A DNA stretch of 64,000 nucleotides, taken from assembly GCF_003704095.1 (NCBI RefSeq), contig NW_020844363.1, positions 744,001-808,000 of the forward strand. Direction: 5' to 3'. The notes under the pieces were generated by a model. That model saw nothing but the letters and a program-made list of their open reading frames with translations. It was not told where the DNA came from and made no database searches. This DNA is from Pocillopora damicornis. Its lineage: Eukaryota. The position numbers and the translations under genes were made by a program. Every line of letters begins with the position of its first letter. Position 1 is the stretch's first letter. Positions 45,460 through 56,787 of this stretch are shown piece by piece.

Positions 45460-46296
45460 TTAAAATGGACAATTTAGGACAGTTATTTGGCAACTTCCCC
45501 TCTCACTCACAAAAATCTCTCTATTTGATCCCTTTGCCAGGTACATTGGCCAGGTTAAATTGGAGACACTAGAAACAAAAGCGCCATCAGGGTAATACAA
45601 CTGCAGGCAGTTATTATTCGAATCACAAACGCACAAAATTTCGCTTTCAATAACGGCAATCCCTTGAGGAGAATTCATACAGCCTATATTGTGCAGAAAT
45701 GTTCCTCTTTCATCAAATACTTGCACGCAGTTTGCACACCCATCCGTCATAAAATATAGTTTTTTCGAGGCTATGCAATGTTGCGGTTCGCTTGGCTCGG
45801 GAGACTCAGTGGCCTGACCTGAAAACCTTAGCTTGAAATTTCCGCGTTCGTCAAAAACTTGGACTCGCTTGTTACCCCAGTCGCTAACAATGATATTGTC
45901 ATGTTCGTCTATGGACAAACCACAGGGAAAGTAAAGTTGCCCATCAGCCGATCCACCAGATCCGAATGAAAAACAAAATTTACCAGCTCTACAATCGTAC
46001 AGTTGAATACGATGGTTTCCATAATCAGAAACCAGCAAATGGTCGCTTTTGTTGTACGCTATTCCATCAGGTAACGTCACATTGTCTTTTCCTTTCCCTC
46101 TACTACCGATCGTTTCTTTAAATATTCCATCTTTGTTCAAAATGATGAGACGATCACATCCCTGGTCGGACACGGCGATGTCTCCTTTGGAGTTAACCGC
46201 AATTCCTGATAAATTAACATCGTGGCCTTCGGCTTCCAACCACCGTAAAGTGTACGAAGCTCTTGGTGTTATTGGAGGAGGTTTTACGTGTATCAT
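45460..46296 (-). CDS. Stand-alone NHL-repeat beta-propeller protein, copy 2
   Basis: Close tandem paralogue of 42042-42905; AAAATG start; intronless. Confidence 0.88.
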   Translation of the reverse strand: MIHVKPPPITPRASYTLRWLEAEGHDVNLSGIAVNSKGDIAVSDQGCDRLIILNKDGIFKETIGSRGKGKDNVTLPDGIAYNKSDHLLVSDYGNHRIQLYDCRAGKFCFSFGSGGSADGQLYFPCGLSIDEHDNIIVSDWGNKRVQVFDERGNFKLRFSGQATESPEPSEPQHCIASKKLYFMTDGCANCVQVFDERGTFLHNIGCMNSPQGIAVIESEILCVCDSNNNCLQLYYPDGAFVSSVSNLTWPMYLAKGSNREIFVSERGSCQITVLNCPF

Positions 46297-47709
46297 TTTT
46301 ACGGCCTCTCTTTACTTCATGTCGTTATTGAAGGTCCGCTGCTATGGCTTGCGCACAGGAAGTGAAGTTGGTGTCGATGCTTAGGATCAGTTGCCACACC
46401 AGGATTAAATCTGACAGAATTCTAACAAGAGTTATTGACGATATCATTTCCATAAAAGGATTACAATTCTGTCACTTCCTTTCCTTTTAGCAAATCGGTA
46501 ATCTTGTCCATCGAAAAACCACAAGTCCAATATTCTACTCGCTAAACTACCTACCATTTCGAAGCTAAATTTCCTGTTGAAGACAATGCATACTTCTTCA
46601 GGCTTTTTGATCAGAGAAATGCAAATTAAACTCTTTAAGCTTTCTTTTTCGATCAGCTGTCATATTCCTACAATAGTCAGGGGCCAGGTACGTTTTCGTT
46701 ATCACTTTCAACGAATACTGTAGATCGTGCGTTGTTGAAGTGGGAACATATATGTATGCTTCATTGACGTCCGCCATCTAGTAAGCAATAATTATTCGTC
46801 AAACTTCTATTTCCTTTGCGAATATTTTTTAGATGAGGACATCAAAAGTGAATTGATTCCAGACATGAAAATAATTGGCAGCTCTAGAATAAAACTGTCA
46901 TTGAATATATAATATTCATTATTTTTGTCCCTCAATAATGATTAAAACACTGTTAGAGCGTTAAAATCTGAAAAAAAAATCTGAAAAAAGCGTTGAAATT
47001 CAAGTTAAGTAAGAAAAGAAAGGTTTAAAAAAAAAGCAGGGACGAGGTGGGTTGTTACTTAGCAGTAGAAAAAATAAATAAGGGAAACTGGAGTCAAAAG
47101 GTAATGGATTGTTGGATTCGAGATGAAGCGGAAGTCGTTCTCACTGTTAATGGAAATAATGACAGTCACTGCCAGAACGACTGATAAACTTTGTGAATTT
47201 TTTCCTCTCTTGACTTCCCGAAAATGATTCGATACACCTAGACACGCAATAGCGTATCAACCAACGCAGTGTTTGTCCACACTCCTCTTATCGTTAAGCC
47301 AAAAATCTTTATAAATCACAAATATTTGATTTGAAATGTCCCCAACCTCCTCTAAGTAGAGTTAAAAGTTCCTTAGATGCCTTCACGTTCCCTGGCCGCC
47401 TCCCTCTATATGACGTCATCGTTTGTTCCGTTCTTAAATCCTCTCAACCCATACTGTTTTTATCCTTTACCGCATTTTGATCTGATGTTGCCCTCTTCCT
47501 TTTTTTCGTAGTCGGGGATCATCACGCAATTGAAATTTAACATATCTTAATGTTTGCAGTGGGGTCGATGAGTTGTTTTCGAAATTTTGCGCGATACGAA
47601 ATGCAAACAGTTCGAGAGGATGATGATAAAACAGGGACATAACTAACAACAAAACAAAAACAGGCAATTCATCAGAATATATCAGATAAGGATATTCACA
47701 GAGTCTGTT

Positions 47710-47905
47710 GAACTCTTCGACTCCAAAGAGTAACTAGCATCTAATTTCTCATCACAATATTACCCCGGCCCTGGATCACACATTAACATCATCAGAAACG
47801 ATCACCAACTAAAAAAGTCCTTGATTGTTAGTCAAATTCTCCTTGTCAGCACCCAAGGAAAGGTACAGAAAGCAGTGACGACTAATGTTAGGGTGTAAAG
47901 GGTTA
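47710..47905. mobile_element. Diverged member of the TTAA-type MITE family
   Basis: Ends ttagggtgtaaagggtta; internal caaattctccttgtcag is the reverse complement of ctgacaaggagaatttg in the 4779 copy. Confidence 0.5.
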
Positions 47906-48137
47906 TTTATGGGTAAAGAGGAGACACACTATCAGTAAACATGAGTTGGAGGGGTTTTCATAATCAAACCTTACGTCGGAAAGGAAGACAGACATTTCAC
48001 TTTATGCTAAATTTATGCATGGTTGACGGTTTGAAATATTCCGTTTTGACGGTAACCGTTAACAGCTGACAAGATCCACCGGATAATTCACGATTTTTTA
48101 ACATTTCTTTTCCGGTTTTATTCGTTTTATTTTGCAG

Positions 48138-51100
48138 TATGGATCACGGCAGATTCCCTGAGTATGACCCAGTCTCTGCGCGCGATACTGAACAATTTTA
48201 ACAGTACAAGAAATGTCTACATCGACCCAGCTGCGAAACAAATAGCACGTGACTACATCGTGACAACTTTTAAGGATCATGGACTGCAAACGTGGACTGA
48301 AGAATTTCAGAGCAATAACGACAAGGTGAATAACTTATTTTGAACAGGTATTTGACAGATGGAAACTTGAGGGAGTGTTATAAAAGTGTCCTTAAGAAAC
48401 GTATTGATGATAAGCAATTATTGGATGAGGTTGAGCATGGTGTCATGAATTATTACGCCGAGTTCGGATTTGGTAGACGCGAGGTTTGATAATTTATGAT
48501 ATCATACGAAAACCGAATTCAATAATTGTTATTTTATACATTTTTAAAACAATTCGCAAAAGAAGACACTTCCCCTTGAGTTGCAAAAGTTTGAGAACAC
48601 TACACGGAAGAAGGGTTTAGTAGACTTTAAACTCGGCATTATTTATGCAATATCCGCTGCAGATATTGCGTTTATTATCTCAACTTCACACGCTACTGTA
48701 TATTGATTGAATGCTTTCGATATATTAGATATTACACAGTCAATCTCATGGTTAATGATACCTCTTGTTGCACGAGTAAAATTTAAGGTCTGTTAATGCA
48801 GGGAAAAATTTTTTGTACCTAGCTTGGTTATAATTAAGACAGTCCCGCCTTCGCTGAACTAACGCACCTTTTAATGTTTTTATGTATACACAATATTTAA
48901 CCTTCGACTTAAAAACTTCGAATCTGCACGAAGCAAACTCGTTAAAAAAACGTACAATTTTTATTGAACTCGCCAGGAGATGGTCTACTTTCCTTCAGTA
49001 ATTGAGACTTCTCGCTAGTTTCCCCTTTATTCACGACGCACAAAATTTCCACCTACCTGCGAGAGGTGTAGGGCCTTGAAAGTCTGCTTAGGGGAATTTT
49101 TTTCTGCTCAACCAAACACGTCTGCCTTTTCTAGTTCCCAGGGATAAACGTCGTTGGTCGGCTGCCTGGTCGCTATTCTGGAACACGTGACGACAAAATT
49201 GTTCTCATTGGTTCTCACTATGACACAGTCCAGACCACTTCCGGTGTGGATGATAACGGATCGGGGATGACTGCCTTGCTACAAGCTTTAGAGCTATACA
49301 CTAGTTCAGGTGTGATATTAGCTATGTACGAAAATGTCCATGGGCTATAAGGAGCGGAATCAGCTATTCGCCCATTTAAGAGTTAATCCTTCCACTGCTT
49401 CGGGTTCATATATAGAAATCGTCCGACTTTATTGCTTATTTTGGAAATTAAACCCCCTTTTAAGTGGGTACTGACGAACAGTGGATTGGAACAGAACCCG
49501 ATTAGAAACACAGTGAGTGCTAAGTGAGTTTTTCTAAAGAAACTGTGGTGCTGCAGCGGTAGGTGTTTTACAAGACAATTTGATTTTATCAACAGAGTCG
49601 ACAATATGAATTATAATCCATCAAATAGTTTTGCTCGCGCGCGATTGATCCAAAATCACCACGTGATCAAATATACNNNNNNNNNNNNNNNNNNNNNNNN
49701 NNNNNNNNNNNNNNNNNNNNNNNNNNNNNNNNNNNNNNNNNNNNNNNNNNNNNNNNNNNNNNNNNNNNNNNNNNNNCCTACAATATTTGTTTCAATTTGT
49801 TTATATTGGTCCTGTAAAAACCTTGTTGGGGGAGTGGTCAGTTAATGTTATGATTAATATCGTAACTGTGAAACTCCTTTCTTTAGACAAACAGAAATGT
49901 TCACGAGATTACACGCTTTTGTTCGTGGCTTTCGATCTGGAAGAACGTCAACCTACCGTCAACACCAGCTGCTCAAAGTCAGGAAACTGCCCTTGTAGTG
50001 GTGGAAGTTGTGGCAGCTATTATTTCGTACAGAATTTCAGTCAGTATCTCAACAACAGTGGAGTTGGTTTCCAAGGAGCCATTGTTTTGGAAACCATTCT
50101 AAACTACAACACCACACCAAATTCTCAAGTGTTTCCTAGTGGTTTGAAGCCGTATTTTACAGAGACATACAACAAAATATCACAAAATGGGTTCACGGGT
50201 GACTTCTTGGCTTTAATTGGTCGGTCAACATATGACAGAAGACTCATCGATGGAATAACAAATGCTTTCAAGGAAGACGGTATGTTCTTGTAGTGCTTTG
50301 TTACTATCGCTCGATATCTTTTACTTTGGTGAAGCCAAATTGCTTCCACTCTTAAGAAAGCACCAAGGAGCATAAAAATTTTGCATTGTTTTAATTTTTC
50401 AGCAGGACTTGTGGATTGTCCTTGATGTGCAAATGAATCACCGGAAAATGTATTACCTTCACTCCAAATCCATTTACGTATCATTTATTGTGATTATTGT
50501 GTGTTCCCTCAACCTCGTTCCTAGGGTGCCCTCTCCTCTTCTCTCTGGGGGGGAAGAGAGAGGACCCTAGAAATGAGGTCGGTGTTGCCCTCTTTACTGA
50601 TTAATCGACAAGTTAGTAAATTTGAAAGTCTTCCCGGCGTTTCTTTCCTTCTTGATCTGATCTAATGCTGTGTAATCAATTTTTAAACATATCGACCCAA
50701 AAACAAAAATGTTTTTCCGCAAAACAAAGTCTCAAAAAAATTACAGATCTTCAAAATGGGACCCTCGCAGAATTTTAAGGTGTGCCACATTGCCGAATCT
50801 TGATAAAAGGACATTGCAGGATTAAATATGTATATTGGATTGTTGTTTCAATCTTAATTTCGTATTAAGTTTCAAGAAAATCTGTTTTCCCTCATTTTCT
50901 AGAAAACTTTCTAACAATTGCCATGCCTATACCCAACTTGTTTCCATCTGGTCGACCGGACACTTGGCCCGAAAAAATTAGGCAAGGTATGGGGGATTTC
51001 TTTCGTTCCGACCATTACTATTTCTGGAATGCGAAGCCAACATTACCAGCGATCTTTGTCACAGACTCTGCGGATTTCCGAGGATTCATGAAAAAATGTT

Positions 51101-54100
51101 ATCATAACGCCTGTGACGACATGAGTCACGTGACCCCAGAGATGATGATGTTTTTGGCGCGAACAACAAACAGCGTGGCTAAACTGGTCTCCAACATGAC
51201 AAATGAAAAGTGCGAAATGAAAAAGGCTGGTAAGTTTTACTTGACATTATGATGTATGATATATAATTAAAATTTTAAGCCCTGTCAAATATTTGGCTGA
51301 GGCTTCGGCCTTTAGTACAATTATACTATATCAATGGATAGCGTTGAAGGTGTGCTCTGATTGGCTACTCAAATACCAAATTTCCTTTGTTAGTATGTAC
51401 AACACAAGTGAATAGTGCTTGTCGCGCGCTGATTGGCTAGTTCGGAAATGAAATGCAAGTACCAAGATAATTACCATTCACCTCCACTTCGGTAAATAAT
51501 TAGTAACTATTCCGACCATAGTTGAACATTATTATAAACATTATTAACAGGCTCGGTTAATGTCTACTACAAGCCACCTCCGCTCGGATAACAGATTATT
51601 TCCTTGCTTTTCTGTTTTGCCTTCCCTTTACTCAACATTTTAATGAACCTTGAATAGTCATTTAATATAAGTATTACAACATATTTTTGGTTTCAATTAC
51701 TTAATTTACTTCTGGATTTGTACAAAAATTTTAATCAATGAACTTCCTTGGGGCTTGAGACTCAAAGTTTGTCATTTAGCGGTAAATAATCAAAATTATT
51801 CACCGACGTGGAGGTGAAAAGTAATGGATATTTACCACTTTCAATGGCTTTGAGGTGAATATTTGTTTTAGTTATACTGTACAGAAACCAAGACATTGTA
51901 GTTTATTTCTGTCAATATACCGAGAGATGGTCAGAAATAAAACTATTGACAAACAATTTTGTCTCTTCGGCTGCTCGAAGGTGAATAGTACTTGCCAATC
52001 ACTTCCGACTTAGCCAGTCAACACGCGCGTATAGCACTATTTACGTGCCAGGTATATACTAAGCACAGTATCTGGCTGTAGGATACATTTGAGGGTCCTC
52101 TGTAGTCAGAGCGTGCATCTTCAAGCCGTTGAATGACTTACATAAGTGTTAACTCCTACGAATGTTTTTCAATCAGCGCACAAGTGAGAGATCTTACGAC
52201 CTGTAAGGAAAAGAGCAATTAGTTTCACTTTTGTTACTGAGTGAATATGTGTAATTTTGTCTGAAAACCTACAGCTTCAGATGAAAAGAAGTACCAATTT
52301 GATATAGTAAAAATAAACATTTAAGTGGCGCTAAAACTATTTAAAATTAAAACTACTTTACTATTTACATATTCAAACGCGTCTTACATTACAGTAAGGA
52401 TTATAAACTAGTGCTGAACCCTTTCCTAAAAAGAAATTTTGTGAGCTGTTTATGAAATGTAACCAGGCTGCTAAAGGATCTTATTGGTAACGGCAACGAG
52501 TTCTATAAGGCAGGAGCAGCACGAGCAAAAGCGCGATCCCGAAGTGTAGAGTAATTGACGCGTGAAACGAACAGAAGAGATTGTGTACACGAGCGAAGAG
52601 CATAGTTAAAGGCAGGTTTAAGAGATAAAAGGTATTAGGTTGTTTAGCGACCTAATAAACAAAAAGAAGCAATTGAAATTGAACTCTGAATGATACAGGA
52701 GGCTATTGTAGGTCGATGAGAGCCGGTGTGATGTGGTCAAATTTCGTAATCTGAAATATCACCCTAGCTATGGCGTTCTGAACTTTCTGTAAACGATCAA
52801 GTTGATATTTAGGTAGACCAAAAAGAAGCGAGTCGTCATTGTTCGGGGGCAAGTCCCGTTATTTTTCTTGTCGGGAGTTAAATACTTAGCGGGGTTTGTT
52901 ATCTTTTCGCCTGGGGAAACTATCTGTCATCCGTGGGCAGTGGAAAACAAACATGTACTTTCCCAGAAATAACGTAGCTTTGCATTTCAGCTTTCATAAC
53001 TTTTCCTCCATATGTAGCGAATAAACTTCATGTCAACGTAACATCAAGTAATGATTAACGGGACTGCAAAAGAACAAAATTGTTCAAGATCTTTTCCTGA
53101 ATGGTTTGAAATTGTTGGAATAATATCATTGTGCAGTTCTTGGCTTTCGCAAGAATGTTTGATAATTTTTAGCTAGTTATACCGCTTTTTTCTTTACATG
53201 TGCAGACTGTGTTCAACAGATAACAGAAAGCGAAGGTGAAATCGTAACGCCGTACCATGACACCGTGTATCCTAACAAACTGAACTGCGCATGGACTATT
53301 TCACTTGACGCTGAACATAAAGATCTCAAGTTCAAGTTTACAGCGTTTGATCTGGAGGAGAGCATCGACTGTACTGCAGACTATGTTGTCATTCGGGATG
53401 GAAAAGACGAAACATACCCTTTGATTGGTAAAAAAAGAATAACACATAATTTCTCACCTTAACCTGACTAAACCTAATCCAACTTAGGGCACCACTACAG
53501 CAAACGGCTGTCAAAACACGAAAGGTCTTGTCACGAAAGACCAAACATCTTTTCATTTCGCGTAACGCAAAGTCATTTCTTGAAATCTTTGAAGTCTTTA
53601 ATAAATCATAAGATAAAAGATACATATCCTATGTTACTTAAACGAGAAACTGTTTAATGATAATTACAGTAATATACTGTGACCAAAAAGAGCCAAATTT
53701 CACAAGATTAAGCATGACACAGGATAACGTTATGCACCAAATAAAGGGCACGTTTTCTGAGGATGTTTCGGGGAAGGTTTTCAGATTGGCAGTGATACGA
53801 ACTATTAAAAAATTTGGACATTCTCCTTGCCTGCTCCGTCGGAACGTTTCAGACTAATCAGGAACAAACGCGCCAGATGGCTGGAGCTTAGCTAACAATA
53901 CGCTGTTTTTTCGCAGGGAAATATTGTGGGAGGACTCTTCCAAAGCCAGTTACGGCTTCGTCCCAGTCCCTATACATCATGTTCCACTCGGACGACCTGG
54001 TAGCTTCCAAGGGTTTCAAAGCGGAATGGACATCAAGTGTTACCTCAAGTGCTTTTCAAGGTGAGCTTTTTAGTTGCGATGAAGTACCTTACATCTATCG

Positions 54101-54633
54101 ATGTAGTCGCTTTAACTTGAGCTTGGATCCTCTTTAAAAGTCAAATGGTGTCACACTATCTTGAGAGGTGCTTTTTTGAAAAAACTTGCATACGATGATC
54201 ACCTCGCTTTCACATTTTGCGTTTTTTTTCTCCTCCCTGGCCTTGTAAAAAGTGACCACGTCTTCTTTGATGACGATAAACACGAATGCACGCATACCCT
54301 ACCATTTCCAGTCCGCAAAAAGGCCGGTTTCACACTGGATCGAGTGGCTGTTTTTCATTTTCATGTATATTATAACGAAATTTCGAACAAGAATTGTCCT
54401 GTTGTTCCAGGATCTCTTGCCCAGGCTTTTGATACCATTTCCAGCATAACGAGCGCAAAGTGTATTTTGCTCTTTAACTAATTATTAAGGAAATAAAGGG
54501 CTAGGACATGGGAGTAAATATCCCAGGGTTTAACAAATGACCTGAATTTGCATTCTTTTTGATAGGATATCGTCCAATAATGTGGCAAAGCCTTGCTTAC
54601 CTTGTGTGTACAACACTGGCCATTATTCTGTGA
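48138..54633 (+). CDS. M28-family zinc metallopeptidase with a C-terminal CUB domain and GPI-anchor-like tail; exons 48138-48325, 49135-49309, 49887-50279, 50903-51229, 53206-53427, 53917-54060, 54566-54633 (start exon unresolved)
   Basis: M28 motifs GINVVG, IGSHYD, GVDDNGSG, AFDLEE, RSDH, YHNACD. CUB motifs GEIVTP..YPNKLNCAWTI..CTADYV..GKYCG..FHSD..KGFKAEW. Ends SSAFQGYRPIMWQSLAYLVCTTLAIIL*. Splice phases consistent. Confidence 0.85.
50510..50582. repeat. Short hairpin MITE-like element
   Basis: caacctcgttcctagggt...accctagaaatgaggtcg; related element at ~36079-36163. Confidence 0.6.
51391..52061. mobile_element. ~670-bp non-autonomous DNA element with ~70-bp imperfect TIRs in an M28 intron
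   Basis: tagtatgtac..gtgaatagtgct..gcgcgctgattggctagttcggaa matches the reverse complement of ttccgacttagccagtca..gcgcg..agcactatttac..gtatatacta. Confidence 0.6.
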
Positions 54634-54996
54634 AGAGCTGGTCAAGTTTTTATCTGATTTGCTGAGTTAGGATGTTTTCTTAGCTCTTACTCTTACAGAA
54701 CTGATTGAGCAAAAATAGAGAATTTGAGGTCATCTAATAAAACATTCGTCTAAATTCAAAATTGCGACTAAATATGGCTTGTCATATGTCATTTTAAAGC
54801 CAATTAAATTCTTCATCGGATAGACCATAGTAAAGCATTTTTCTACATAAATTATGCTAATTGCTTCAATAAATTCGTATAATTCAAAGCATTATTTTTG
54901 ATAATTTTTTCTGACAAGTTGCCATGAAAAACCAGAAACTTGCGAGGGAAGTAGCAAAATCTTAGAAGTTTGTGAAAAATATAGTTTGAGCAATAT

Positions 54997-55500
54997 TTAA
55001 AAGATATTGTTTCGTCGGTGATATTCTCCATGGGAACCAGAACGACCTAAATGCTTCAAGCAAGTTCTGCATCCAAAGCCAGTTTCCTTTTGCTTCGCTC
55101 CTTTTACACCAATCCAACAATGGTGGCATATTCCAAACTTGAGAAGCATTGACAGAATCATGGTCTCTCCCATGAAAAAGAGGGAAAGGCAGTACTGGGG
55201 CTGGACCAGGCGGACGGCGGCAAGAAAAATTTCCAATCAGCTTGTGGATGACTCCAGATAAAAATTTGTCGTGTTCAAGTAGCTGTGTGTGATTCTGTAG
55301 TCCTGACATGTTCATAATTTTGAAATTCTCCTTGTAAATAATGTATGCATTTACCATTATTGCATCCAAAAAGTTAACAAACATTCTCACCCACCATCTC
55401 CTGGACTTACTTGCGAACCAATCGATTACACCTATCGACAGCACCCATATTTTTTATGATAATCAACTGCTATTGGTGGGCAAGGTAAATTCACTTGTTC
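54997..55500 (-). pseudogene. Frameshifted piggyBac (PGBD-like) transposase C-terminal relic
   Basis: Across frames: DYHK/NMGAVDRC (the YNxxMGGVD catalytic motif), RRWWVRMFVNFLDAIMVNAYIIYK, and a Cys-rich C-terminus CHHC..ETGFGCRTC. Confidence 0.8.
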
Positions 55501-56787
55501 ACCTCTTCTCGATTTCCGAGAGATTGTGCAGTTTCCTTCTCATGTTCTTCGATCAAGTTACGCAAATGGATATATCATGTGCACAAATTTCTCCGCCAGA
55601 TTTGAAAACGGATTTCAAATTGGTCAAATAAACCAGAGAAGAAATACTAGAAGAGTAAATTCGTACATTTTATCATTGTGGCTCTCGCTTCGGCGCTCTT
55701 GCTCTTATATTGAACCCTGTTAATAGACACTTCCGGAACAACTTTTTCAGTGGACATGCGTGGTTCTGTAGCCAATTTCAGACCCTATTTTGATCATTTT
55801 TAGGCAATCAAACAACTTTTCAACCGCGAATCTTCCCATTTTTAAATCCGTACTTAACAGAGTTTAATGTGCCACCCCATTCTCAACACTGTATTTAAGA
55901 TGCAACCCCACTAAAGTCACAGTCGTAAAATTGGGATCCCATCCAGCAGCAATCCCCATTTCCCTCTACCTAGGAGATTCCCCCCTCCCCCTTCCGGAGT
56001 TGTTAGCCATGAGTTTGTAAACTGCAAGTTTGAGGATCATAGCATGTCGGGTATTGTGCATACCAGTCCAGGCACAGTGTCAACACAAGGTTTCACGGAA
56101 GCAACTTTTTTTTAGCGCAGCTATGATGGAGGAAGAGGAGGTTTTACACGTGGCGGGAAAGCTGGTGTTTGCTAACAACACAGGATCCAATGGAAGAGCG
56201 TTGTTCCAGCGATCCATTCTAGTCAACTTGAATTTTTATTTCGTTGATGAAAAAGTCACTACGAATTGATAAAAATACTCCCTTAGCTACTTTGACATTT
56301 CCACAGTTATAAGAATAATTTATGAAATTGCAGTCATGACCAAGAAGCGGTAAACACTTACGTTAGAAGGTCATTCGAAACAGTGAATTTTGTTTATATT
56401 AGAACGACATTTAGAATTCAATTTGGTATTCAATGTCAAAAGGATAGATAACCGTGGGAATTTAAAAAGCTTGCATTTAAACCCGTCTTGCATTTAAATT
56501 TGTCTTTCCTTCAATATTTAGATCTCTAGCAATCAGTCTTCCTTTCATCTAGTAGTTTTCTCATTTAGTTGTAATAATGTTCGAGAGCCGTCATAAAGGT
56601 ATCAAAACACTTTCTACGAAAATTTCAACTCTGCCTCGCTTACACTAGAGATGTGACTATCTCGCCAAAATTAAAACACGTGTTCGAATTATTCAAAGAA
56701 TCTATTCGTTTCTTCACACATCACCGAACCATGTTGCAGTAACACCGTCGCAGGACATCACTTGACCACATGTGCAGTAAACTCATG

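Noticed and set aside
49927-53360. AFDLEE appears in both the M28 and CUB domains
   Set aside because: Each match fits its own family consensus and the codons differ; treated as coincidence.
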